IMG/VR virus record: IMGVR_UViG_3300023175_000012
Location: 32,001 to 96,000 of that record
DNA from: a virus
Lineage: Duplodnaviria > Caudoviricetes
Reading direction: 5' to 3' (one strand)
DNA: 64,000 bases
The notes under the pieces are model-generated. The model saw only the letters and a program-made list of their open reading frames with translations, was not told where the DNA came from and did no database searches. This document shows positions 47,552 to 57,624 of the stretch, in pieces (position 1 is the first letter of the stretch; each line of letters begins with the position of its first letter). The translations under genes were made by a program, and so were the position numbers.

Positions 47552-50500
47552 ATGATTAATCCTAGTGCAATTATTTCAAACAAAGCTCAGACATTAGCAA
47601 GTAGTCTAGGCGAAGCTGTTGAAAGCGTCGATACCGCAGCGTTAACTGAACAATTTGATTTAGTTTCACGCAATGTGTTTGATGCATCGTCTAAGATTAA
47701 CATACAACTTCCAGATAGCATTGGTCTTGACACAGCTGGGTTACAAAATAGAATAGCAAGTCTTGGAAACAGCATACCGTCTTTGGCAAATATTGACGAT
47801 CCTAGTGCTATTTTTCCTCCTAGTTTAAATCAGTTTGCAAACGGCTTTGGCAATTCATTAGCAAGCAAAGCACAGAATTTAGTAGATCAAGTAGTTCCGT
47901 TAACAGGAAGTTTAGCAAATGGAATAGACTCGGCTGTTGCAGATCTAGAAAGTCAAATCAATAGTCTAACACTACAGTCTGTAGAACAAGAAGTTGAACA
48001 ATTTGTAGAAAAATTTACAGAGTCTGCTAGAGGAAGTCTAAGTGCTCCAGAAAGAGAGCCTTCTGCACCAGGTGTTACAATAAAAAATCCGCTAAGACAA
48101 TTTCAAAGTTACAACTGTATTTTTAGTTTAGGTGTATTAACAGCAGACAGTGCAAATAATCCATCAGAGACGTATATTAAGCGTGGTGCAGATTTTACTA
48201 TACTAAGATCCGGTGGCGGCGGTATAGATAATAAACGTATACAAACTTATTATGATTCTATAGGAGAGGAAGCAGGTAACTTAGAATATTTTATAGATGA
48301 TTTTGAAATGACATCTATAATATCTCCTAATAACAGAACAGGTACTTCACAGGCTATTAATTTTAGTTTTAGTGTAAAAGAGCCATACTCTATGGGGTTA
48401 TTTTTACAATCTTTACAAAGTGCGGCTTTTGATGCAGGATTTCAAAACTATTTACAAGCACCGTATTTGTTAGAATTAGATTTTGTAGGCTGGGACGACG
48501 ACGGCGGCAAACCAGTATCGTACAGTAATAGAAAATTGCCTTTTAAACTAACAACTGTTGAATTTGATGTAGAGTCGGGCGGTAGTACATATCAAGTAAA
48601 TTGCATTCCATGGAATGAACAAACATTTCAAGATGATGTAATGACACTTCAAGATACTGTTAGTATTACAGGAAATGATCTTGTAGAATGTTTGTCTACA
48701 GGAGAGCAAGGACTGTCTACAATTATAAATGACAAATTAAAACAAATTGCCGAAGACACTTGTTCACCGGCTTCAGATTATTATTTGATTAGATTTCCAA
48801 CTACAAGAGCAGGAGATATTGGAAATATAAGTCCAACAGCAACAGAAAACAGAGCTACTATTAGTGATGCTGAAGCATTATCTTCTAGACGAGGAGAGCA
48901 AGCTGCCGAAGTTGAAGAAGACGGCCTTACAACATTTTTTAGAAATATTGGTATAGATACAAGCAGCAATTCTTTGCTACAGTCACTTAAAGGAGATAGT
49001 ATAACTAATCTTAATGCTATTGGTGCTAGTTCTATGATATCAGAATTTACCGCAGGCGGAGATAGTCCTTTTGGCTTAGGATTATATACATATGACGAGG
49101 AAGCTAATGTCTACAAACGTAACGGTGTAGAAATGACAATTAGCGATACTAACAGAACGTTTAAATTTACACAAGGAACACCAATTACTAAAGTCATAGA
49201 AGAAATGGTGCTTGTTAGTGAATACGGTAGATCTGCATTACAACGAGTAGACAACAAGGGCGAAATAGATTGGTTTAAAATTGAAGCTAAATGTTATGTA
49301 GTACCAGATTCAGCACACGAGACAGAAACAGGTGAATCACCAAAAATATATGTATTTGATGTAGTACCTTACAAAGTTGATGCAAGTAGATTTAGTGCTC
49401 CTAGCCAAGCAAATTCTGGATTGATACAAAAAGCAAGGCATTGTGTAAAAACATACAATTACATTTACAGCGGACAAAATGAAGATGTGTTAGGATTTGA
49501 AATAAAATTTAATGCAGCATTCTTCCAAGCAATACGCATGGATATGGGCCAATTACAAGCATCTGATGTTGTTAATGATAGAGAAAGTATTACTGTTACT
49601 CCAAGAGATCCTGCACTAGGTAGACCTACACCAGGACAAACTGTGCCTGAAGGTAGAACAAGGAGTGTAATGAGGGCCGGTAATTTTAATGGCGGTAGTT
49701 ACAATAAACAATACGGCGAAGCTGTTGCTAAGATGTTTCATAATGCATTGTTGAATAGTAAAGCAGATCTTATAACAGCAGAATTAGAAATTTGGGGTGA
49801 TCCGTATTTTATACCTGATAGCGGAGTAGGTAACTGGACAGCACCGAGAGGAGGCTCAAAAAATATTACAGCAACCGGCTCTATAGATCATCAAAGAAAT
49901 GAAATAGATGTTATTATAAACTTTAGAACTCCTATAGACTATAACAATAATGGTACTATGTTTTTTCCAGGACAAACTATTGCTGTAGATAGTTTTAGCG
50001 GAGTATACCAGGTCATAACTGTTAATAGTAGAATAAGTGGAAATAAGTTTACTCAAACCCTTGAATTGGTAAGAAGACGAAATCAAAGTACAGAAGGTAT
50101 AAGTAACGATCAAGCTCTTGTAGAGTTACCTGCATGCGAGGGTGTTAATACAGCAGACGGCGAACCAACTGAAGAAGTAGGTACTGATCCGCAAGAAAAT
50201 ACAACGGTAAGAGACAGCGAAATTGTTCCACCAAGTGGTTCAAACGGAGCCCTTGCAACTATAAGATCTTCTACAGGTAAAACAACACAGGTTGCGGCAA
50301 TCTATGCAGAAAATTTTCAAGGACTTATTGACGAACTAGAAAATGACTACGGATACGAAATTAGATCACTCGGCGGTTATGTTCAAAGAAACGCTAGAGG
50401 AAGTACAAGTCCTAGTTACCATGCAAGTGGCTTGGCCATTGATATAAACGCTACACAAAACCCTATGATTAGACCTAGACCTGAAGATGCTCCTGAACCA

Positions 50501-51196
50501 TACACAGATATGCCAGAAGGCGGCACAGGGTCGCAAATGAAAGCACTTGCTGAAAAATACGGATTAGGTTGGGGAGGAGACTGGCGAAGCTCGATTGATG
50601 CGATGCATTTTAGTGCGGCAAAACGAGAAGGCGGTCAATTAGATTGGCCTAGAAATGGTTTAATACCAGGCACACCGGAAAGTGGTCAACGTGTACCGGA
50701 AGATGCTCCAGAGACAGCACCTTCTGAGCCAGAACAAAGACAACCTCAACCATCATCTGAAACAGTAAGAAGAAGACCTGCATCAGGACAAAATGCACAA
50801 GAAACTTGGGATCGTAGATATGCCGCAACTCATAACCCAGATGGAACTCCTAAAGCAAGTTTTGTAGCAGCATCTGGTTCTAGAGTTAGCGGAGTAAATT
50901 CGGTTGCTAACGATTTTGCATTAAGAGAGCAACAATTCCAATCAGGACAATTTGGTGAATCCACATTGCGTCCTTATTTCCCTACAGATGCACTAGATAA
51001 CTTATATGATGTAAAAGCAGGAAATAAAATTAGAGCTATAGCAAATTTTTATACTAATCAGGGTGTAGAAGTAAGTACACCTGTTACAACTACTAGTAGT
51101 GGTGTAACGTATAATGAATTCGGCGACGAAGTAGCTGTAAGTAGTAGCACACCTGTTTCAACATATGATGAATTTGGTGACGAAATTGAAATCTAG
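47552..51196 (+). CDS. Baseplate hub protein with M15-family peptidase domain (1214 aa)
   Basis: Hub-like LEIWGDPYF and FSGVYQVITVNSRISGNKFTQTLELVR; peptidase motifs SYHASGLAIDIN and GWGGDW...DAMHF. Confidence 0.72.
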   Translation: MINPSAIISNKAQTLASSLGEAVESVDTAALTEQFDLVSRNVFDASSKINIQLPDSIGLDTAGLQNRIASLGNSIPSLANIDDPSAIFPPSLNQFANGFGNSLASKAQNLVDQVVPLTGSLANGIDSAVADLESQINSLTLQSVEQEVEQFVEKFTESARGSLSAPEREPSAPGVTIKNPLRQFQSYNCIFSLGVLTADSANNPSETYIKRGADFTILRSGGGGIDNKRIQTYYDSIGEEAGNLEYFIDDFEMTSIISPNNRTGTSQAINFSFSVKEPYSMGLFLQSLQSAAFDAGFQNYLQAPYLLELDFVGWDDDGGKPVSYSNRKLPFKLTTVEFDVESGGSTYQVNCIPWNEQTFQDDVMTLQDTVSITGNDLVECLSTGEQGLSTIINDKLKQIAEDTCSPASDYYLIRFPTTRAGDIGNISPTATENRATISDAEALSSRRGEQAAEVEEDGLTTFFRNIGIDTSSNSLLQSLKGDSITNLNAIGASSMISEFTAGGDSPFGLGLYTYDEEANVYKRNGVEMTISDTNRTFKFTQGTPITKVIEEMVLVSEYGRSALQRVDNKGEIDWFKIEAKCYVVPDSAHETETGESPKIYVFDVVPYKVDASRFSAPSQANSGLIQKARHCVKTYNYIYSGQNEDVLGFEIKFNAAFFQAIRMDMGQLQASDVVNDRESITVTPRDPALGRPTPGQTVPEGRTRSVMRAGNFNGGSYNKQYGEAVAKMFHNALLNSKADLITAELEIWGDPYFIPDSGVGNWTAPRGGSKNITATGSIDHQRNEIDVIINFRTPIDYNNNGTMFFPGQTIAVDSFSGVYQVITVNSRISGNKFTQTLELVRRRNQSTEGISNDQALVELPACEGVNTADGEPTEEVGTDPQENTTVRDSEIVPPSGSNGALATIRSSTGKTTQVAAIYAENFQGLIDELENDYGYEIRSLGGYVQRNARGSTSPSYHASGLAIDINATQNPMIRPRPEDAPEPYTDMPEGGTGSQMKALAEKYGLGWGGDWRSSIDAMHFSAAKREGGQLDWPRNGLIPGTPESGQRVPEDAPETAPSEPEQRQPQPSSETVRRRPASGQNAQETWDRRYAATHNPDGTPKASFVAASGSRVSGVNSVANDFALREQQFQSGQFGESTLRPYFPTDALDNLYDVKAGNKIRAIANFYTNQGVEVSTPVTTTSSGVTYNEFGDEVAVSSSTPVSTYDEFGDEIEI

Positions 51197-51206
51197 AGGT
51201 TAAAAA

Positions 51207-53639
51207 TTGCCACAAAGTAGACGTACAAATTATAGAAACTTAGATGATATAGGAACTGGTCCTTACGAGGCTATAGTTGTAAGTAACCTTGACCCTACCT
51301 ATATGGGTAGTCTTAAAGTAGATGTTTTGAAAAATAATACTTCGGGTAGTTTACCTGAAAAAATTGGAACGTCTATTGAGGTTAGGTATCTGTCTCCGTT
51401 TTACGGAGTAACATCATTAGATACAGCAACGGCAAATGACGGTTATGCAAGTACTCAAAAAAGTTATGGTATGTGGTTTGTTCCTCCTGATATTGGATCA
51501 CGTGTTCTAGTTATTTTTGCAGAAGGTGATATATCAAACGGATTTTGGATAGGATGTGTTCAAGATAAGTTTATGAATTTCATGGTTCCTGATGGAAGAG
51601 CATCAACTGAAATAACTACCGCAGCAACACCCGACAATCTACAAGGATTAAAATTACCTGTAGGCGAATATAATAAAAAAGTTGAACGAGGCTCTGGCAG
51701 AGACCCAACAAGATATCCTAAACCATATAATAAAGATTTTTCACAAACTTTAGAAATACAAGGTTTAATTAGAGATGAAAACAGAGGAACAACAACTTCT
51801 AGTGCTAGAAGAGAAGCTCCGAGTTCTGTTTTTGGTATTAGCACCCCAGGACCAATTGACAAGCGTTCAGGCGCACCAAGAGGATTACAAGGTGAAGCAG
51901 GACTAAAATACTCGGCATTTGTTAATCGCTTAGGCGGCTCTAGTTTTGTTATGGACGACGGTGATGACAAATTACTAAGAGTATCTCATGCATCAGCAGG
52001 ACCTCCTATATATGCAAACGTAGAAGGCGGTGAATTATTTGGGGATAAAACTATACCCCATAATGAGGTAATGAGATTTAGAACTCGAACCGGTCATCAG
52101 ATATTAATGCATAATGCAGAAGACTTTATCTATATTGCTAACAGTAGGGGAACAGCATGGGTTGAATTAACTAGTGATGGTAAAATTGATGTTTACGGAT
52201 TAGACAGTATTTCTATTCATAGTGACTCGGATATAAATTTAACAGCAGATAGAGATGTTAATATTGAAGGCGGCAGAAATGTTAATGTAAGAGCAAGTGC
52301 TAGGTATACTGGCTTTCAAAGTAACGGAGGTAGCGGTAACGTACAAATTGAAAGTAAGTTTGATACAAAAATGCTTTCAGAACAAAATATGCTTGTAAAT
52401 GTAAAAGGATATCAAGAAACTAAAGTTACTGGATATCAAAAAACACTTGTAGAAGGAGATATACATCATCACACAAATGCAAATTTATATGTGTTAGCAG
52501 ATGCCCAAGGTCATGTCCGCACAGTAGAAGATTTACACGTTAACACAGATGAAACTTTACACCTAGTTGGTAAAGTAGGAAAATTAACAGCAACAGATGG
52601 TTTAATAGATTTAAATGCATCAGCAGATGTTAACGTAGATGGTGCAAATGTATATCTTAATAGTGATATAGCAACAAACGGAACAGCGGCAACTGACGCA
52701 GAAGATGCTGTAGATTTTATCTATCTTAAAAATTGGACAGTTCCAAAAACATCACCCGGAACAGACATATCCTCAGATATTTCTACTTTCGTAAAAAGAA
52801 TGCCGACACACGAGCCATATTATCAACATGAAAATTTAGATCCAATAATGGTAAAAAGCGAAAGAACAGATATTACTAATCCTGTTGTTCTTAGTGTTGC
52901 ACAATATAGAAGTTCAGCAGATACGTTTAGAAAGAGTTTTTCTGGAGGATCAGGAGCAACAGCAGCAGGAGCCGCAGGAGACGGAACACGTGGCGGCACT
53001 AATCCAAACTTAGATCCTAACACTAGTGGAGTTAATCCAGTTACAGAACAAGGAGGATCCGGCGGAGATACTCTAACACCACCACAATCATTCTCAACAG
53101 TTGGCCCAGACGGTAATTTATTAGATATGATTAGTAGAGCAGAAGGCGCAGGTTACAATACTGTATTTGGCGGAAGCAGGATTACTCCTGAAACACTTTA
53201 TGGAAAAAGTCTAACACAGCTTACTATACAAGAAGTTATCGACTGGCAGACAGCATCAGTAGATGCAGGCTCTGCGAGCTCTGCTGCAGGTAGGTATCAA
53301 ATTATTAAAAGAACCTTAGTCTACCTAGTAGATCAGTTAGGTGTTGCATCTAGAACAGATAAATTTGATCCTACTACACAAGATGCTATGGCTAGACGAT
53401 TGCTACAAGGCAGAGGACTTGACAGATACGTTGCAGGATCTCTTTCAGAGTCAGCATTTTTAAAAGCTATTGCACAAGAATGGGCAAGTTTACCAGTTAC
53501 ACAAAGAACACAAGGTGCATCACGTATTGTAAATCCTGGAGAAAGTTATTATGCAGGTGATGGATTAAACAGGTCATTAATAAGCACTACAGAGTTAGTT
53601 GCAGCGGTCAGAAATGCACGAGAATCAGGACTTGCATAG
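51207..53639 (+). CDS. Central spike (gp5/VgrG-like) with C-terminal lambda-type lysozyme
   Basis: OB-fold DPTYMGSLKV...YGMWFVPPDIGSRVLVIF; RTRTGHQI beta-helix; ISRAEG, AAGRYQI, TQD and EWASLP muramidase motifs. Confidence 0.8.
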   Translation: MPQSRRTNYRNLDDIGTGPYEAIVVSNLDPTYMGSLKVDVLKNNTSGSLPEKIGTSIEVRYLSPFYGVTSLDTATANDGYASTQKSYGMWFVPPDIGSRVLVIFAEGDISNGFWIGCVQDKFMNFMVPDGRASTEITTAATPDNLQGLKLPVGEYNKKVERGSGRDPTRYPKPYNKDFSQTLEIQGLIRDENRGTTTSSARREAPSSVFGISTPGPIDKRSGAPRGLQGEAGLKYSAFVNRLGGSSFVMDDGDDKLLRVSHASAGPPIYANVEGGELFGDKTIPHNEVMRFRTRTGHQILMHNAEDFIYIANSRGTAWVELTSDGKIDVYGLDSISIHSDSDINLTADRDVNIEGGRNVNVRASARYTGFQSNGGSGNVQIESKFDTKMLSEQNMLVNVKGYQETKVTGYQKTLVEGDIHHHTNANLYVLADAQGHVRTVEDLHVNTDETLHLVGKVGKLTATDGLIDLNASADVNVDGANVYLNSDIATNGTAATDAEDAVDFIYLKNWTVPKTSPGTDISSDISTFVKRMPTHEPYYQHENLDPIMVKSERTDITNPVVLSVAQYRSSADTFRKSFSGGSGATAAGAAGDGTRGGTNPNLDPNTSGVNPVTEQGGSGGDTLTPPQSFSTVGPDGNLLDMISRAEGAGYNTVFGGSRITPETLYGKSLTQLTIQEVIDWQTASVDAGSASSAAGRYQIIKRTLVYLVDQLGVASRTDKFDPTTQDAMARRLLQGRGLDRYVAGSLSESAFLKAIAQEWASLPVTQRTQGASRIVNPGESYYAGDGLNRSLISTTELVAAVRNARESGLA

Positions 53640-53654
53640 GGGGTAAATATAGAT

Positions 53655-54101
53655 ATGAGCACGTTAGAAAAAAATATTTACAAAAGAGTAAATGTATCAA
53701 GTCAAAAAGTACAAAAGAAACCTGCAAGTAGTGCGGCTTATAGGTCCATTAGCACAGTAAACCCTGCTAATGATGGTTTTAGATTATACGATCTTGCGGT
53801 TATTAAGCAAGACGTAATAAATCATTTTCATATACGTCAAGGCGAAAAACTAGAAAATCCTGAATTCGGTACAATAATATGGGATGTTCTTTTTGATCCT
53901 CTTACAGAAGCATTAAAATCTGCTATTGTAGAAAATGTTGAACAGATCATAAACTATGATCCTAGAGTTCTAGTAGACAATGTAGTAGTTGATACTTATG
54001 AAAGTGGAATACAAATTGAGTGTACATTAATATACTTGAACTACAGTATAGCTGAATCTATGAGACTACAGTTTGATAGAGAAGCAGGGCTTCTTGCGTA
54101 A
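53655..54101 (+). CDS. gp25: Baseplate wedge subunit (gp25-like)
   Basis: IRQGEKLENPEFGTIIWDVLFDPL and YDPRV; TAAATA box just upstream. Confidence 0.85.
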   Translation: MSTLEKNIYKRVNVSSQKVQKKPASSAAYRSISTVNPANDGFRLYDLAVIKQDVINHFHIRQGEKLENPEFGTIIWDVLFDPLTEALKSAIVENVEQIINYDPRVLVDNVVVDTYESGIQIECTLIYLNYSIAESMRLQFDREAGLLA

Positions 54102-54156
54102 AGAATTAAACACGTACTTAACACATTATAATAAATACGTTATACGAGGAAAATAG

Positions 54157-57100
54157 ATGTCAGCTACCGATAGACAAAACAGATTATTAGTTGCAGAAGA
54201 TTGGAAGAAAGTCTACCAATCTTTCCGTAATGCCGATTTTCAAAGTTACGATTTTGATAACTTAAGAAGAACAATGATAGAATATCTCAGGACTAATTAT
54301 CCTGAAGATTTTAACGATTACATTGAATCTAGTGAATATCTTGCACTAATTGACTTAATTGCTTTCCTCGGGCAAAACTTATCATTTAGAATAGACTTAA
54401 ACGCTAGAGAAAACTTCTTAGAACTTGCAGAAAGACGTGAATCTGTTTTAAGATTAGCTAGGCTATTAAACTACAATCCTCGTAGAAATCAATCAGCGAA
54501 TGGTCTACTTAAATTTACAGGTATTAAAACTACAGAAGATATTATAGATTCTAACGGTACAAACCTAGCAGGACAAACAATTCAATGGAATGACAGTACT
54601 AACTCTAACTGGTATGAACAGTTTATTAAAGTACTTAATGCTTCATTACCAGTAAATGGCGTATTTGGCAAACCAAATAAAAGCGAAGTAGTAGGCGGAA
54701 TTCAAACTGATCAATATAGAGTAAACGGTGTTAACACAGATGTTCCTGTCTTTAGTTTTGAAAAACCTGTAGAAGGAAAAAGCACACCATTTGAAGTTGT
54801 GTCAATGGATATAGAAGATGGCAGTCTAGTTGAAGAGCCACCTGTACCTGGAAATAACTTTGCATTTACTTATAGGAATGATACACAAGGTCCAGGAAGT
54901 AGTAATACAGGATTTTTTGCACACTTTAGACAAGGTAGATTAGAAAGCGGACAATTTAGTGTTACACAACCTTCACCGAATCAGACTGTAGGTATCGATG
55001 CTGAAAATATTAATGATTCTGATGTGTGGTTATTTAAATTAGACGGTAACAACAACGAGTCAGAGTTGTGGTCAAAATTAGATGCTGTAGAAGGCAACAA
55101 TGTAATCTATAATAGTATAAACAAAAAAATTAGAAACATTTACAGTGTTTTAACTAGAGTCGATGATCGCATTAACTTAATTTTCTCAGACGGTGTGTTT
55201 GGAAACCTACCAAAAGGTAACTTTAAAGCCTATTATAGAGTTAGCGAAAATAGGAATATGGTGATAACACCAGCAGCAATTAGTAACATTACTGTTAGTA
55301 TTCCTTATCTTAGCAAAAAAGGTAGAGTACAAACTTTAACAATTACACTAAGCCTGCAAACTACAGTAGCTAACGGTAGCAGAACAGAAACAAATTTAAG
55401 CATTAAACAAAATGCGCCTGCAACATACTATACACAAAATAGAATGATTACAGGAGAAGATTACAACGTTGCTCCTTTAGGAGTAAGTCAAGAAATTGTA
55501 AAAGTTAAAAGTGTTAACAGAACATCTAGTGGTATATCTAGATATTTTGATATAGTTGACGCAACTGGAAAATATAGTAATACAAATTTATATGGCAATG
55601 ATGGTGTAGTTTATAAAGAATACACGATTGATAAAACAAGTTTTAACTTTGACACACAAACAGACATCGAAGGCATTATTATAAATCAAATTGAGCCTAT
55701 TCTTGATAACAAGCGTGTCAAGCATTTTTATCTAGACAAGTTTCCTAAAATTAATACGTTTGATTTGAATGTATTTTGGAAAGTAGTAAGTGAAGACACA
55801 AATACATTTACAGGACAGTTTGAATCGAGCACCGGTGAAGCATACAACGTAGGAACTTTTACTACTAACAGTTTAAAATATATTGAAGCAGGAACATCAG
55901 TTAAATTCCAAGCACCTGAAGGATATCATTTTATGAGTGATGGAAGTTTAATGGCTGGTACTCCTGATCATGTAGGTAGTAGTTTGTATAAATGGACAAA
56001 AGTAGTTGCTGTTTCAGGCAACGGTATTCAACCAGGATTAACTGAGATACAAGGTGCGATTGCACTAGGTGATAAAATACCTACAGGATGTAGACTAGTT
56101 CAAGTGAGACCAAGACTTGCAGAAAGTCTTACTGATGATGTAAAAGTTGAAATAATTGACCAGGCATTTGCCTACAACGATTTTGGCTTGCGTTATGACC
56201 AAACAAACAGAATTTGGCGACTAATTAAAGCATCGGATATAGATAAGCGTAGTAGTTTTGGTACAGGCTTTTCAGGTAATGTAACTAATAGTAACCTTGA
56301 TGCAAGTTGGCTCATATTATTTGAAACAAATGGCGAAACATACAAAGTTACTTACCGTGGCTTACAATATGTATTTGAAAGCGATAAAGAAATTAAATTT
56401 TATTATGACAGTGCTGACACAATGTACAATAATAAAACAGGAAAAACTAAAAAAGATAAAATTACAGTACTGAATATAAACACCCAGCCTGATAATACAT
56501 CACCGTTTACAAGCGATTTTACTTTTGATATCTTAGAAGCATATAGAGACAAAGAAGGTTATGTAGATACTAAGAAAATAGAAATTACATTTGCTGACAG
56601 AGATAATGATGGTATCATTGACGATCCTGAATTATTTGATCATATCGTAGCTGAAGATATAAATCCTCTTACAAAATTAATCATGCAAGAAAAATATATT
56701 ACTGGCACAGGAGTAGAAGACTTCAAATACGTAGATGCAACTAGTGCAAACATTAAGATATTTTTGAACCAAACAAGTATAGGTCCTCTTAGTGCATATA
56801 CTGACGGTGATATTTTTTACTTACAGTCAAGTGATACCTTCAAACAGTATAATCAATCACAAAATGAATTAGTTACTATTAGTGATTATAAAGCATTTAT
56901 AGGTAGAGATAAACTTAAATTCCATTATTTACACACAGCTGATAGCAATAACAGAATTGATCCTAGTGCAAGTAATCTAATTGATACGTTTATGCTTACT
57001 AAGACATATGATAGAAATTATAGATTGTGGATTGATGGCCAACTTTCACAAAAACCGCTTCCACCAAGTTCGGACGAATTATTTAGAACTTATGGAAGGG

Positions 57101-57624
57101 AATTAAACAAAATAAAATCTATTAGTGATGAGGTAATTTATCATCCTGTAAAATATAAAGAACTATTTGGTTCTACAGCAAAGACTGATTTACAAGCAAC
57201 ATTTAAGTTAGTTAAAAATAAAGACTTAGTTTTAAATGACAACGATATTAAGACAAGATGCATAGAAGCAATAAATCAATATTTTGCATTAGAAAATTGG
57301 GATTTTGGAGATACTTTTTACTTTCAAGAATTGGCAACATACATAATGAGCAGACTTGCTCCTGATCTTGTAAGTGTAGTAATTGTACCAAATCAAATTA
57401 CACAAGCATTTGGAAGTTTGTTTGAAATAAGAAGTGAACCGGATGAAATTTTTATCAATAGTGCAACAGTAGCAAACATAGAATTAATAGATGAAATTAC
57501 AGCAACTAGACTGAATGCTTCAGGTAATGTTGTAACTTCTAGCGACACAGACAATGTAGGCATAACTAGTTCTACTTCTTTTGTAAGTTCAACTAGTCCA
57601 AATAGTGGAGGAAGTTATTACTAA
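54157..57624 (+). CDS. gp6: Baseplate wedge protein (gp6-like, 1155 aa)
   Basis: DFDNLRRTMIEYLR...FNDY, ENFLELAERRESVLRLARLLNYNP, FSDGVFG and TQNRMITGEDY; ATAAATA box upstream. Confidence 0.85.
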   Translation: MSATDRQNRLLVAEDWKKVYQSFRNADFQSYDFDNLRRTMIEYLRTNYPEDFNDYIESSEYLALIDLIAFLGQNLSFRIDLNARENFLELAERRESVLRLARLLNYNPRRNQSANGLLKFTGIKTTEDIIDSNGTNLAGQTIQWNDSTNSNWYEQFIKVLNASLPVNGVFGKPNKSEVVGGIQTDQYRVNGVNTDVPVFSFEKPVEGKSTPFEVVSMDIEDGSLVEEPPVPGNNFAFTYRNDTQGPGSSNTGFFAHFRQGRLESGQFSVTQPSPNQTVGIDAENINDSDVWLFKLDGNNNESELWSKLDAVEGNNVIYNSINKKIRNIYSVLTRVDDRINLIFSDGVFGNLPKGNFKAYYRVSENRNMVITPAAISNITVSIPYLSKKGRVQTLTITLSLQTTVANGSRTETNLSIKQNAPATYYTQNRMITGEDYNVAPLGVSQEIVKVKSVNRTSSGISRYFDIVDATGKYSNTNLYGNDGVVYKEYTIDKTSFNFDTQTDIEGIIINQIEPILDNKRVKHFYLDKFPKINTFDLNVFWKVVSEDTNTFTGQFESSTGEAYNVGTFTTNSLKYIEAGTSVKFQAPEGYHFMSDGSLMAGTPDHVGSSLYKWTKVVAVSGNGIQPGLTEIQGAIALGDKIPTGCRLVQVRPRLAESLTDDVKVEIIDQAFAYNDFGLRYDQTNRIWRLIKASDIDKRSSFGTGFSGNVTNSNLDASWLILFETNGETYKVTYRGLQYVFESDKEIKFYYDSADTMYNNKTGKTKKDKITVLNINTQPDNTSPFTSDFTFDILEAYRDKEGYVDTKKIEITFADRDNDGIIDDPELFDHIVAEDINPLTKLIMQEKYITGTGVEDFKYVDATSANIKIFLNQTSIGPLSAYTDGDIFYLQSSDTFKQYNQSQNELVTISDYKAFIGRDKLKFHYLHTADSNNRIDPSASNLIDTFMLTKTYDRNYRLWIDGQLSQKPLPPSSDELFRTYGRELNKIKSISDEVIYHPVKYKELFGSTAKTDLQATFKLVKNKDLVLNDNDIKTRCIEAINQYFALENWDFGDTFYFQELATYIMSRLAPDLVSVVIVPNQITQAFGSLFEIRSEPDEIFINSATVANIELIDEITATRLNASGNVVTSSDTDNVGITSSTSFVSSTSPNSGGSYY

